Below, in pieces: positions 29,715 to 43,683 of a stretch of 64,000 nt of DNA. The notes under the pieces are model-generated. The model saw only the letters and a list, made by a program, of their open reading frames with translations. It was not told where the DNA came from and ran no database searches. Source of the DNA: Euglena gracilis (lineage: Eukaryota); assembly GCA_039621445.1 (NCBI GenBank), contig CP154954.1, positions 14,054,387-14,118,386 on the forward strand. The letters are read 5' to 3'. A program made the translations under genes and the position numbers. Position 1 is the first letter of the stretch. Every line of letters begins with the position of its first letter.

Positions 29715-32700
29715 ACCGCCTGGGGCCGAGCCTGGCCGCCACCGCGGCGCTGCCGCCCCCGCCGATGCCGACGCAGCGGGTGCTGGAGGTGCTGGACCAG
29801 CGGCTGCAGCCCCCAGGGCGGCGCGGGGACCCCCCCACCCCCAGCCACCACCCCACGGTGTCGGGTTCGGGGGCCGCCGAAGGACAGAGGGGCGGGTGCC
29901 CCCCCCCCGTGTGCTTTCAGCCCAAAATGAGCGTTTTTCGACCCCCCTGTCCCCCGTTTTTGGCCCGAAACCCATGGAGTTTTAGGTCATTTCCGGGTCA
30001 ACGAAGTCGAAAAAAAGCGGGAAAAAAATGCCCAAAACGATGTTTTTTTTGCCTCCCAGACCCAGAAACCCTGTTTTTCAGCCGAAAATGAGTTTTTTGA
30101 AACCCCCCATCGCCCCCCCCCCACCCCCCCCCTGTTCGCCTCTGGCCCTGCTTGTCTGTGCACGTGGAGGTGGATGGGTGCCCCCCTCCCCCCCCTTCCC
30201 CCGCTTTCCCGGGACTTTGCCGATTTTTTGATGGTCGACGTTTTCTTTTGGCGCCGAGGGAATTCTTCCGGTGCCGTGGTGCAGGGGGAGCGGGGGGGGG
30301 GGGCACACCCCCCCCCCCACCCAGGCCTGCCCGCCCCGCCCTGCCAGCGCCTGACGGCCGCCGCGGAGGCCCAGCCGGCCGCCGTGCCACCCCGCCTCTC
30401 CGCCGCCGCCCTCTTGGGCCAGGCCTGGGCCAGCCCGCCCAAACCGTTGTTGAACGCCGGAAATGCCCCCCCCCCCCTAGCCCAAGCCCCAGGGTTCAAA
30501 CAGAAGGGTGGTGCAGTGACGTGGGACAGGTAATTAGGGAATTAGGGGGTTTAGGGATTTTTAAACAGGTTTCTCGAGTTTAGGAGGATAAACAATTTCC
30601 CAGCGATTCCAGAAAGCATTTGGTTGGTTTGTTTTTGTTGACATTTTTGCGACTTCATTTTTATTCGCTCGGAGAAAAAAATTGCCAAGTGGTTTTTTAA
30701 GGGTTTTTAAGGTATTTTGAGGTCTCTTGGCCCACAACTTTTCAGGTTTTTGGTGTTTTTTAAGGTTTTTATCTGACCCCCGACTTTAATTTGTATCTTG
30801 GCCCTGTTTAATTGGAAGATACCCCTCTCCCAACCCCTTAGTCACAGGGAGGGGGAATTCCGGGTCTCCCAGATGGCTTCATGCCATACCCTGGGTGCCC
30901 CCTCCTCCCCCCCCATCAGAATGAGCAAATGGCGGATTCTCAATAATTTCGGGGGCTGTCCGGGCGGGTAGCCCCGGGGTGGCTGCAATTCGGAAGACGC
31001 CCCTACTCTGCGCTCCATTCCGATCGCCCCCCCCCCACACCGGGCAGCGGCCGCGCCTGCCGGCCAACTTCCCCACCCAAGTTCCATTGGCCCCGCGAAC
31101 CCCATCGATGAGCTCCCGCGCCAGCTCCGAGGGCTGGTCCGGGCTGCCGCCCAGGGCCGCCGGGGGTATCGGACGGTCAGGCTGTGTGTGGGGAAACCCA
31201 AGGGTGGTGAGGGGGCACCCGCATCATATGGCCCCCACCCCCGTCATCACGGCTTTCCACTTTTTTCCAGGTTTGCCAGTTTTTTGGGGCTCGAAAGTTT
31301 CCTTCAGTGCCGAAGGGATTTCTCCTTCCTCGGTGTCGTCAGTGACATCGACATTGTTCCTCGGTGGGGTTCCGATCCCCCCACCCCACTTCCCGCACTG
31401 ATCAGAAAACCCCCACCACAACGCCACAACGCCACAACACGCCACGACACACCACACCACACCACACCACACCACACCACACCACAACGCAACGCAACAC
31501 AACACAACACAACACAACACAATAAAACACAAGAAAACACAACACAACACAACACAACACAACACAACACGCCCACCTCAGGCACCCTCTTCGGTGTCGC
31601 ACATGACACATCAAAAACTCCCTGCGACGGCACACAACCCCCACCGCCAGCGTCGCCCGACCCCGGGTCAGGCCCAGTTCCAGCCAGGGGACGCCCATCA
31701 GGGGTGGGGGGAAGCAGCCTTTTTCTGCCAATCCCATATTTCTCAGCCTGTCTGAGGTTAGCGTCCCTCAACGGCCTCCCCCTCCAAGTGGGGGGGGTTG
31801 CTGAGCGACGCCCTGTACAGCGTGGTCCCCAGCCGCCCTGCCCGCATCCCCGGCGGCGGCCCCCTCCAAGGTGCAGAAGCTGGAGGCGAAGCTTGGGGCC
31901 ATGGTGCTGCACGCCCTGCGGGACGTACAGGGCCGGCCGGGACCCCCGCCAACCAACCCGGTGGGTGGTGGCCAAGCACCAACGAAATGACTGGGCATGA
32001 CTGGGGCGTGACTGGGGCGTGACTGGGGCGTGACCGGGTGTGACTGGGTCTGATTCTGGGTGACCACGGGTGCTTGGTGAAGGAGGGGTGACCCCTCCCC
32101 CCCCCACCGGGCCTTCCCGGGCCGCCCTGGGGCCGAGGCGCGCAAGGCAGAGGCGGAGAGCCCGACGCCCTCGTGCCGCAGCGGCAGCAGCGGTACGCGC
32201 ACCAGCGGCCGCAGCTCGCAGCGTCTCGCCCTGTCGCCCACGGCGGAGGCCTCGCACCGTGGGCGTTGTGCGCTGTGCAGGGCAGAAGTTTGTTTCCGTT
32301 GGAGTTGCGCCTGATTTGCCGGTCTTCAAAGCTCCCGATGCCCGTTGTGCTCCCTAGTTTTAGTTCTTGACACTCGTTGGAGAATGATGGTTTGCCAGGC
32401 CAAAATACATACAAAAATAATGCAAAGGTGCCAGAGGGGTCAAAAATCCATCACTGAATCTTGTTTACCCTGGTGCAACCACCTCATCTCCTCTCAGCAT
32501 CCCCCCTGCTGCACTTTGCCCCAAACGTTTCCACGCATTTTTGACACAAATTTGCCCAAAGAGTGCCCCAAATTGCATTCCCGGGTTTCAGCCAGGCGCT
32601 CTGGATACATTCAGCAATTTTGTTCATGCCGCTGAGCCACTGTTTTAGCGGGGTATTTGGACCCCCCCCAGTGGGGCTGAACCCACTGTCCCTACATCAA

Positions 32701-35285
32701 GCCCTGCCCCCCCCCCCCGTGTGGCCCATGAGAGGCGCCCAAATCTGAGTGTTATATGTATTATGCACTGCATTATTTTGAGCCCTCCAAATGTTTTAAC
32801 AGGAAATGGTGACAGAAAATGTCATTCTGTTGTCGAAGTATTTTCAGGAATAATATTGCTGTATTTTGCTTTTTGCGACCATTCTTTTGCAGTAAAGAAA
32901 GGTATTATCAAGAAAATCAGAATGTATTGAGACACATCGTCTCAACATGCTTCCATGATTTGAATAAAAAGAGGTGATTTGAATGAAATGCATTAATACC
33001 CCCTCTGATTTACCTGGTCGCCATGAGTGGCTCTCCTAGTCTGGTGCCATAGATTCACTCAACACCTGTGTAACCCCCCCTGGGGGTTTTCAAGAGCGAG
33101 TCGGTGGGTTGGGGCCCGTGGACCCCCCCCCCCCGCGGTGTGCCTTGGGTCAGGTTTTTGCCTGACCCAAGGCTGAGCCGGAAGATTTTCGGCGTTTTCG
33201 GCCGATTTTGGCAGGATTTTTTAGGTGGGTGTGTGAGTGGCTGACCCCCCGCAGGGGGGGTGGTCGTGGCTGGTGGGTTTTCGAAAAAAAAGTGGGTAGG
33301 GGGGCTTTGTCCTTGGAAAGTGCCCCCCCCTCGGGGGTCACCAAGTAAATCTGTGTCTGGTACACAAGAAATTTTCTTTGGGTACCATAACAACGTTTAA
33401 AATCCCATACCTCTTTGAGAGAACCACGTTTTCTTCCGGAACAAAAATATGGGTTATATTAAATAACTACCCCCCCCCCTAGTCGTACGACCACCCCTCA
33501 TTTACGACCACCCCCCGGTCACAGGTTGCAGGTCATGGGGGTGTTATGACCACCCCCCCGGTCACAGGTTGCAGGTTGCGAAAAATTTAACACCACCTTA
33601 CCTATGACCGCCACCTCATTTACGACCATCCCCCGGTCACAGGTTGCAGGTTATGGGGGTGTTATGACCCCCCCCCCCCCGGTCACAGGTTGCAGGAACC
33701 CGGTCATACGACTAGGGGGGGGGGGTAAATAAATAATAAATATATTAAATTTGCAATGGGTCTCCTCTTCAAGAAAGCCTCGTGGTCATTTTCCTTTGTT
33801 GGTTTATTTTCGGGGTGTAACTCCTCAAATTTTTACCGGTGGAGGGTGTGGGCGGAGGGGCAACGGTTTTTCAGCCCTCGTGAATACAGCGGTACGTTAT
33901 CGGGGGTGTTGTGTTTGATTCTCTTTCAAAAATGTCTATTACTGGCCCGCGGGATGGGGCTGGGAGAGGTTGACCTTCACATTCATCTTCTCACCCCAAA
34001 GCTTGGCCGCCGCCGTGCGCCGATTCTCAACGGGCCCCTGAGCCAGTCAGACACCCAGGCACCCCCCTTCCTCCCCCGTGTCCTTTTGATGTGCAAGCAA
34101 CCGTATCGCTGGGTGTTCACTGTGTCTTGTCAGTCTGGCATTGTGCCCTGCCCTGCCCTGTCAGCCCAATCGATCGCAGGCACACCACTTCAACATGCAC
34201 TGCAACGCAAACACCCACGTTCATTCGTTTTCGGCAAAACAATGAAACCCTTCACCAATGAGCTGCATTTTTCTTGTTTTTGACAACCCAAATCGACAGT
34301 GGCAACTTCATTCAAACCAATATGTGTATTGTTTGCAGACAAAGCGGCAGCCTTGAATTCCTGCCCCCCCCCCCCGGGTTGACAGCGTTTAACAGGGTTC
34401 CACGATTTTTCGCGCTTCTGTGATTTTCAGGCGAAGGGTTGGGACCATGGTTGACGCTAGGGATGGGTAACCTTCAGGACCGCACTGGGGGGTCCACAGT
34501 TGAGGGGGGTGAGGGCCACACGATACAGCACAAAGCCTGGTGGCGATGGTGATGGCGGTGGGATGGGGGGGGGGGCTCCACCCTCCCAACGCCCGTGACG
34601 GAGCGGCCCTGGTGGAGAGTCCAATGTCGGCCTGAAGCAGCTCTGGGAGGAACTAATGGACGAGCTGGAGTCCTCCAGTCGGGGGGCCTCGGGGAGCGCG
34701 CCAGCCTGGCTTTGGCCAATGGCGACCGTGGCGGTAGCCAATCAAATAGTATCCAACGCAAATGATTTGCATCCCTGCAGCTTGCCACCTGTTTGCAGAC
34801 ACCAGCTTGCCCAAGAGGCGTGATTTCGGGGTGTATTAGAACTTTTTGAAATCGTTAAAAAACACTGATTTTGAATGGATGTGACATGTGTTGTCTCCAT
34901 GGTTTATGTTATTAACGGTATTTGAGAAACAAATGAACATTGCAAGTGTATGTGGATATCCGCCTAAAATGAAACAAGAGGTATTAGACAATAGAGTTGA
35001 ATGTTTAGGCAGATATCCGCGTGGAATAAGCAGGTGCGCAGAGACTCGTACGCACATCTCTGCGCTCATTCGCATGGAGCGTCGACTGCAGTGCACGTGC
35101 ACAGTGCAAGAAAGGCGTGAAAGGCCTGAGAAGTTCTCTAACGTTTGCAGGCTTCCGCCGACGCCCTCAGACTGGACATTCCGCGCGGACAGGGCGTGCC
35201 CCCCCCCCCCCAGAGGCCCCCCGCCGGCGGCTCGGAATCCGAGAGCGATGAGTTGGCGGACGACCCCACCGCCCCCTTCCCGGTG
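29715..35285 (+). CDS. Probable Pro/Ala-rich low-complexity exons (~29720-29810, ~30325-30420, ~31045-31130, ~31800-31890, ~35150-35280)
   Basis: GC-rich coding-like islands, e.g. PPPPMPTQRVLEVLDQRLQ. Boundaries and frames are not resolved. Confidence 0.35.
31415..31570. repeat. (CACAC)n/(CAACA)n pentanucleotide repeat
   Basis: Directly visible. Confidence 0.92.
33468..33727. mobile_element. MITE with TACCCC(n)TAGTCGTAYGACC inverted termini
   Basis: The left end taccccccccccctagtcgtacgacc is inverted at the right end. Four internal ccggtcacaggttgcagg repeats. Confidence 0.8.
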
Positions 35286-35381
35286 ATGATGGGCACCTGG
35301 GGCCCGGGCACCCTAGTGCTTCGTGTGCCCCCCCCCGGGGGTGTGGTCTAGAGGGTGTCACATCAGGGCCTGTACCGGCTG

Positions 35382-36165
35382 CAGGGGTTTTTGTTTAGCC
35401 GGAGGGAAGACCCTCCCCTGGGGGGGTACAGCCAGCCAGTACTTTTTTCCCAGTCAGCAGCCGGGGGGGGGGGGCGAAACGAAGTTGGGGCCAGCTCGGC
35501 AAAGTGGGGCTAGCCGGGCTGGAGCGAAAAAGAATAAACAGTGTGTTAAAAGCAACCCAAAATGGCATCTTTGGGTAGACGTTGGCTTTTGACCTCCATA
35601 TTTTGGCTAAAAAAAATACAACCCAGCTGGATTTGGGCTTTTTTTGCCTGCTTTTGGGATACCAGCCAGGTCCAGTTTCCAGCTGGTGGGACCCCCCTCC
35701 AGACCCCCATCCCCTAACGGGGGGGGGGGGGGGCAGCACTTTTTTTCCCCAGCCAGCACCTTTTTCATGCCCTCCAAAAACAAATTGTTTTTTGCACCTG
35801 GGATAAGGGAGACGCCACTGGAACATGGACATATTTCTTCGGATGTATTTTTGGCACACAGCTCACATCCGGATTCCCTCCAGGGATTTCTCTTTTAAGT
35901 TTGGAACCGGGAGGGGGTGGGGTCGGTCGGTCTTCCGCCCCTCCCCGGGGGGTTAGCCCCAAGGGCTCCCCGGGGGGGGGGGTGCCCCATTAGAGGTGGT
36001 TTTCTTTTGACATTTTTGGCCACTTTTCGGTGCAAGCGCTGAATTTTTTCTTTTTGGCACCAAAATTGTCCCCCAGAAAAGTGGGTTCCCCGGCTCCCCC
36101 TGGGGGTGCCCCCTGGGTGGGTTCCAGCCGGCCCGCGAAACCCCAACCCCTTAAGAAAACCCCTG
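35382..36165. mobile_element. hAT-like MITE (possibly composite)
   Basis: CAGGGGTTTT / AAAACCCCTG; perfect TSD accggctg; an extra internal CAGGGATTT end at 35881. Confidence 0.8.
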
Positions 36166-36251
36166 ACCGGCTGTTTGCCATGGTGAAAAGTCTACGACAA
36201 GGCCGCCCAGGAATGATCATTACCCCCTCCCCTATGTCCAACGACCCCCCT

Positions 36252-38640
36252 ATGTCCAATGACCACCCCCCCCCGGTCAGAGGACACCTTTTTGGTCACT
36301 ACCCTATGTCCAACGACCACCCCCCCGGTCAGAGGACAGAGGTTACCGGTCATTGGACATAGGGGGGGGGGGGGTAGGGAGTTTTTTTTATAACCCTTTA
36401 GGACCGCCGTTAGGCCCAAGGGACGGCCAAGGGCCGAGCTGGGGCTTGAACGCGCACAGAAAATGAAAATTCAATAAAATTGACGTTTTGGGTGGATGGG
36501 CGATGGCTGAAGGTTGCCTGAACTCACCTGAAGTCGACCCGTTTTTGCCGTTGCATGGCATTTTTTTGGTCATTTTTCCCACGGATAATTTATTGAATGC
36601 CCTTTTTTTTGCGTTCAGGGACTCCTGTTGTCTGTTGTTTGTTGTCTCCTGTTGTCTGGTCCCAAGTCAACAGAAGGTCTCCAGTCCTGGCACGCCCAAT
36701 TTAAAATCTCTCTGAAAAGCACAGGTCTCCATGTCCAATGACCACCCCCCCCCGGTCAGAGGACACCTTTTTGGTCACTACCCTATGTCCAACGACCACC
36801 CCCCCGGTCAGAGGACAGAGGTTACCGGTCATTGGACATAGGGGGGGGGGGGGTAGGGAGTTTTTTTTATAACCCTTTAGGACCGCCGTTAGGCCCAAGG
36901 GACGGCCAAGGGCCGAGCTGGGGCTTGAACGCGCACAGAAAATGAAAATTCAATAAAATTGACGTTTTGGGTGGATGGGCGATGGCTGAAGGTTGCCTGA
37001 ACTCACCTGAAGTCGACCCGTTTTTGCCGTTGCATGGCATTTTTTTGGTCATTTTTCCCACGGATAATTTATTGAATGCCCTTTTTTTTGCGTTCAGGGA
37101 CTCCTGTTGTCTGTTGTTTGTTGTCTCCTGTTGTCTGGTCCCAAGTCAACAGAAGGTCTCCAGTCCTGGCACGCCCAATTTAAAATCTCTCTGAAAAGCA
37201 CAGGTCTCCATGTCCAATGACCACCCCCCCCCGGTCAGAGGACACCTTTTTGGTCACTACCCTATGTCCAACGACCACCCCCCCGGTCAGAGGACAGAGG
37301 TTACCGGTCATTGGACATAGGGGGGGGGGGGGTAGGGAGTTTTTTTTATAACCCTTTAGGACCGCCGTTAGGCCCAAGGGACGGCCAAGGGCCGAGCTGG
37401 GGCTTGAACGCGCACAGAAAATGAAAATTCAATAAAATTGACGTTTTGGGTGGATGGGCGATGGCTGAAGGTTGCCTGAACTCACCTGAAGTCGACCCGT
37501 TTTTGCCGTTGCATGGCATTTTTTTGGTCATTTTTCCCACGGATAATTTATTGAATGCCCTTTTTTTTGCGTTCAGGGACTCCTGTTGTCTGTTGTTTGT
37601 TGTCTCCTGTTGTCTGGTCCCAAGTCAACAGAAGGTCTCCAGTCCTGGCACGCCCAATTTAAAATCTCTCTGAAAAGCACAGGTCTCCATGTCCAATGAC
37701 CACCCCCCCCGGTCAGAGGACACCTTTTTGGTCACTACCCTATGTCCAACGACCACCCCCCCGGTCAGAGGACAGAGGTTACCGGTCATTGGACATAGGG
37801 GGGGGGTAGGGAGTTTTTTTTATAACCCTTTAGGACCGCCGTTAGGCCCAAGGGACGGCCAAGGGCCGAGCTGGGGCTTGAACGCGCACAGAAAATGAAA
37901 ATTCAATAAAATTGACGTTTTGGGTGGATGGGCGATGGCTGAAGGTTGCCTGAACTCACCTGAAGTCGACCCGTTTTTGCCGTTGCATGGCATTTTTTTG
38001 GTCATTTTTCCCACGGATAATTTATTGAATGCCCTTTTTTTTGCGTTCAGGGACTCCTGTTGTCTGTTGTTTGTTGTCTCCTGTTGTCTGGTCCCAAGTC
38101 AACAGAAGGTCTCCAGTCCTGGCACGCCCAATTTAAAATCTCTCTGAAAAGCACAGGTCTCCATGTCCAATGACCACCCCCCCCCGGTCAGAGGACACCT
38201 TTTTGGTCACTACCCTATGTCCAACGACCACCCCCCCGGTCAGAGGACAGAGGTTACCGGTCATTGGACATAGGGGGGGGGGGGTAGGGAGTTTTTTTTA
38301 TAACCCTTTAGGACCGCCGTTAGGCCCAAGGGACGGCCAAGGGCCGAGCTGGGGCTTGAACGCGCACAGAAAATGAAAATTCAATAAAATTGACGTTTTG
38401 GGTGGATGGGCGATGGCTGAAGGATGCCTGAACTCACCTGAAGTCGACCCGTTTTTGCCGTTGCATGGCATTTTTTTGGTCATTTTTCCCACGGATAATT
38501 TATTGAATGCCCTTTTTTTTGCGTTCAGGGACTCCTGTTGTCTGTTGTTTGTTGTCTCCTGTTGTCTGGTCCCGAGTCAACAGAAGGTCTCCAGTCCTGG
38601 CACGCCCAATTTAAAATCTCTCTGAAAAGCACAGGTCTCC
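36252..38640. repeat. Tandem array, 5 x ~479 bp
   Basis: Units start at 36252, 36731, 37210, 37689 and 38163. They differ almost only in homopolymer length. Confidence 0.97.
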
Positions 38641-40297
38641 ATAAAAACAGGCGTCGGGGGGAAAGAGCAATTTTTGGCATCGTGGGCCGTCGCCCATCCA
38701 TCCAAAATATCCAAAAGTGCGGTTTCCACCTAAGGGCGGTCTTCAAGGGCAGTCTTCAGGAAAAAGAGCCACCAGGCTTATTTGTCAAGTGACCATTTAA
38801 AAAGAAACGTCTGGAATCCCATGGCTGCGCAAAGTGCCAGGAAACCGTGAAGAAATTCACTGAGAAATCCCGAGAAAATCTTAAAGTCACCTTTGTAAGT
38901 GGTGAACATTCACGTCAAAGAAAACATGCGAGTATTAATTGAAACCAAATTGAACATGCCGTGAAGCGGCGAAGGAATATTTTTTGTTTGAGGAAACCAC
39001 GTGAAATGATCATTTTTGAGGCCAGCGTTGTAATGTGTACTGAGTGAACGTTTGTTTCCATATTGAGATCTCGAAAATCGGGCATTTACCACCAACTCCC
39101 CCAGGTCTGCACCCACCCACCCCGTGGGGTTGGAGATCAAGGGGACCCACTATTGGGGGGGGCCATTTTGGGGTCCAATTTCTTTTTTCGGCATGAAGCC
39201 CGGGGGTACCCAGCTCGATCTCCATCCCCCCTGGGGGGGAGGGGTCAGCCCGCTGACCCACCCACCCTCCCCCCCCCATCACCACCACACTCCTTTGGTC
39301 CAAATTTTAGGGATCTTATTTGTGGGTTTTGCTCGTTTAACCCGGGGGAGGGCTCGTCAGCTGGTCAGCAGTTGGGTGGACCTGACTGCCGCCAACCAGC
39401 CAGCATTGGGGCAGCGCCTTGCCCCCCTGTCCCCGGCATGTGAGCCGGGGAGGATGCCCTTGTGGTTCATTGTGAGGCCAACCATCGTTTTCGAAATTGA
39501 GTGGGTTTGTGCCGTTGGACACCCCCCCTGATATACCAAGTGTCCCAAGGGTCAAAGCACAAGCCGCAAGCCGTAGGCCAGGTTGCAGGAAGGACTTGAA
39601 GGGTTCTAGGCCGATTTTGGATGATTTTGGTGAGTGGTTGGGTGGGTTTTGGACCGAGATCAGGTTTTTTTTTTTAAGCCTTGGACCCCCGGAGGTAGGA
39701 TGGGTGGGTCTTGTGGTCCAAATGTGCTCTGCGTTTCAGGCGTAGGGGGTGCCCCCCTCCCTGCCCTTATATCGAAGTTTGCCCGGGACCCCGGGGGGGT
39801 GGGCGGTCAACCAGCAGCCTTTCTTCCAGCCTGCCCAAATTTTCCAGCCTCTGAGCTAGATCCCCCCCGGGCAAGCACCTTCGGCGATGCAGGGCGATGC
39901 AGGGCGATGCGGGGCCCAAAGGGGTGGGTGACCGAAGGTGCTTGCCCCTGGGGTCGGTAAAAAACGCCCTGCCCCCCCCGGAGGGGCTTGATTGCCCCGG
40001 GGGGGGGAGGGGGCGACAAAAAGCAACCTGAAGTGACACACAGAAAGTGAACAAAAATTTGCGGCCTTTTATTCGTTGGTTGTGGTCAGTTTTCACTTGG
40101 ACCCCAGGGTGGCCGATCCCCAGGGGGGGCGGGGGTCGAACTGCCCAGCTTTTCCCCCGAAAAAATGACTGACTGTTTTTTTTCTTCTGAACGAGCGGAA
40201 GGTGAAGATGGGTCGGTAAAAAAGACTGCTCGGCGCGGGGTGTGCCACGGTCGCACGGCGTCGCCCGGCCCCGGCCCCCTGGGGCGTGCCCTTCCAG

Positions 40298-41350
40298 GCC
40301 AGCGCGCGCACCCCAGCGCCGTGGCCGGCGCACCCCCAGCGGTGCCTGCCGGCCGGCTGGCCAGGGCTGCCCGGGACCCCCGGGAACTTGTGGGTGGTGG
40401 GCATGTACTCACGTGGTCGCTGGCCGACCCCCCGCCACCCCTGGGGGGGGGATTGGTTTTTTGGCCAAACCCCTCCAGGGGGGGGGGTCGACAAAAAGCC
40501 ATTAAAATAACCTGGCGCCGAAGGTGCCGGGAAATAGTTTTGGACGTTTTTTTTTCTTCATGTTTGTAGTTGGATTTGGATCCCAGAGAGGCTACCCGCC
40601 AAGGGAGGGTAGTTTCCATACCCACCATTCATTGCTTAAATTGCTTGACATGTGTCCGACCGCATTCCAAGGGGGAGGGTGACTGACTCATTTTTTTCAG
40701 AGTGATTTGACTGTCCCCCCCCCCCAGGATGGGGTTGGCCAGGAACGACTTCAAAGTGCCACCCAGCGCCAATTTTGGGGGGGGTTTGGCCAAATTCCCA
40801 TTGGGTTCGAGCCATTTTGGCCCGAGCCTAAAGTAATCAACCCCCCCGCAAGGGATAGGGAGTGGGTGATTTTTTTGAAATTTTTTTTGATTGACTGGTG
40901 GAAAGTGACTCCCGCCCCCCTGTGGTTGGTCAGCAATGGTATGGTTGTGACGAATTGGTTTCCCCCCAACAAGTTATTGGGTGGTTTTTGGAGGTGTGGA
41001 GGTGCATGGGGGGAGGTGGGGGGTCTGACAGCCCCCCCCCCCCCCCATGTACGCTCCTGGATGATCAAGGGGATTTCTTTGTGGAACTGGCGAGTGGTGT
41101 TTTTCCTTCGAATTTTTTTAAAGTTTTCACCCAAGTTTTGGCACAGGCATTATTTTTGTCACCCCAACCAGCTGGCCGGGGGGGGGTCGACCTCCCACTG
41201 GGCCTTCCCGTGCAGCCATGGGGGCGGGAGTGCCGCTGGGACTACACGCAGGGCCGCTACTACTACCTCGACCACCGCACGCGAACGTCGCAGTGGGACC
41301 CGCCGGCCAAGAGTCCGCAGCCGCTGTGGTGGTTGCCCAGTTTAATATGA
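40298..41350 (+). CDS. Terminal exons encoding a WW domain (40298-40358 and 41226-41350)
   Basis: The spliced LPAGWECRWDYTQGRYYYLDHRTRTSQWDPP fits the WW consensus (LPxGW...GRxYYxxHxTxxTxWxxP). Intron 40359-41225 is nonconventional (ggcCAGggctgc ... gcagccATGggggc). Confidence 0.85.
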
Positions 41351-42500
41351 TGAGGGTTTCTGGGGTTTATGAGGGTCCCCATGTCAACCGCATTTTTCCC
41401 GGACCCAGATTCCATTTTCTTTGTGGTACAGTGCACATGACACGGCGTGTCCATGACAACCCCCCCCGTTCCACCCACACTTTTCCCGTATTTGGGTGGG
41501 GATGTCGTTTCTCAGCTATTCAGCAGTTTTTCACAATAAACTTAATTATTTATGTGTAAAGTGGTTGACTGGGTTGTTGCAAAAAGTTGACGAGTCTGGA
41601 CGAAACAGGGCAAACCTCCATTGAAAAGCATGAGATTCTGGTCCAGGAGGAATATGGGGCTTTATTTTCCGGCCAAAAATCCCCCCCAAGAAAACCCCAG
41701 GGACCAGTATTTCAATCAGAATACTGGTCCACCCCAGGACCAGTATTCTCATTGACCCTGACAGGATGAGGGGGGCTGCCCCCCAGGGAACTGTCATTCC
41801 CGGGAGCCTGTCGAGGTCCCCCAGGAAACTGTCAGGGTCTTTGGTGCCAACCAATCTGTCATGAGAAGTTGTCAGGGTCCCTGTACCAGCCAACCTGTTA
41901 GGTGACAGTTTCCCAGGGGGTGGACAAGTTTTTGAGGAAGGATGGGAGGGTGCCAAGGGACCCTGTACTGGTCGCTATTTGTTTATTTGCTGCCAGTTTG
42001 AACGATTGAATCAGCGTCCCCAGCATAATCCACCAGTCAAGGTACCTGGGATTTTCTGCGGGTGCTCGTCTTTGACCCACATGGTGCCTCACGTGAAGAC
42101 CAACCTCTGAGTCGGCACCTGCAGACGTTGGCGCATCCTCCGTGCGGTGACACAGGCTGTGGCTCGGATGGTTAACCTTTTTTTTTGCCTGGAGGCATCG
42201 TGTTTTTTATTTTTTTAAAAACAATCAAAAAGTTTTTATTTCTTTAAAAATGTTTTTTTTTTGAAAAATATGCTTTTTTGAAAGAAATTTCATTTGCTGA
42301 CCTGTCAGGTTCTCAAGCTGATCAGAATTACGACGCTCCTTTTTGGAGATGGCATCACAAGAAACCAATTTGGCCCCAAATTGACGTTTTGGATGTGCCA
42401 AACCTTTTTCCATCTTTTTTTTTCATCTGGGGGTGTCACTCGCAGTGCTGAAGTTTTGGGTCACTGCCACAGTGCTCTTTTGGACCTCCCACCCCCCTTG

Positions 42501-42526
42501 CCTAACCCTAACCCTAACCCTAACCC
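42501..42526. repeat. Short interstitial telomere-like (CCCTAA)4
   Basis: cctaaccctaaccctaaccctaaccc. Confidence 0.75.
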
Positions 42527-43683
42527 CTGGAGATCATTTGAGATCCTTCCGGCACCCCTCAAAGTTCAAGAAAGGCCCCATTGAGATCAACAACACGCTC
42601 TGTCAATGGAATTGTCTGCCAAACAAATCATGGAAATTACTCCTTATGTCTGAATGACCCCAGGGTATCCAACAACCACGTTTGAACTCAGAGGGATCAG
42701 TTGGGAAAAATTTGCCGTCGCAGCTCACAGAATAAAATTTTTTAAAAGAGGTTTTTGAAAGCCTGAAGACGCGTCAGGTTATGGGAGTTATGGAAACACC
42801 TTGCAATGAGGCGCAATCCAAACCCAACCCCCGATGACATGCACGATCCTTCAAAGATTGCTGCCATTTTTGCAATAGAGACCCAGCCCCCACCTCGCCT
42901 TTGGCAGCCTTTTCTTGAAGTGCCCCCAGATGAATAGATGAACCCCTTCATCGGCGTGCACCTCCCCACAATACCGAGGGACAATATGAGAAGCCACCGC
43001 CAAATAACACCAAAAAAATGCCACCAATATCAACATTGTCACAATTCCTCCAAAGCAACAAAGCAAAATGGGCTGCCAACAAAGCAATTTCAGCAGGCGA
43101 TGCTTTTCGATAATTCACCTGTTTGTGGGACGGGTTCTTTTGGTAATTAAAATGCTGTGGAAGAGCAAAACACAACACAATGTTCTGTGGCTGGATACCC
43201 CCGGGTAGACCCCCTTGGCGATCACATGCGAGAAGGCAGTGGCACTCACTAAAATATAATTTCCTTTGACGATGACCTGGTGCAACGTTGCACAAAACTG
43301 GTGGCCTGGCCTAGAGGGTATGGGATGGTGAGAAAAGACCATCTCCATGAGGTTTCAAAGCAGGAGCTACTCGACCTCGGCTGTTGGGACGCAAAACCTC
43401 ATTGAAGTCACCCCCAACCACATTGCTGATGTTTGCACAAGGTATTGCTCCCGGACAAGGTTCAAAATTGCCCACCAAACATCCCTTTCTTGCTAAGGGT
43501 GGAGATAAGCATTTGCACACACAAGATGAGATCCATTCGACCTGATGAGACGAAGCACTTGAACACTTGCGCACACGTGATCCACTTTTTCTGAAGGACA
43601 CAGGTCCAAAAGGAGCCCATGCACCATGATGGCCAGACCAGCCCCCTGTGCTTGAACGAAATCAAAGAAAATGCGACAGGGAG

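Noticed and set aside
36252-38640. CRISPR-like array or repeated 75-aa gene
   Set aside because: The units are identical with no unique spacers, there are no cas genes, and the ORFs are incidental.
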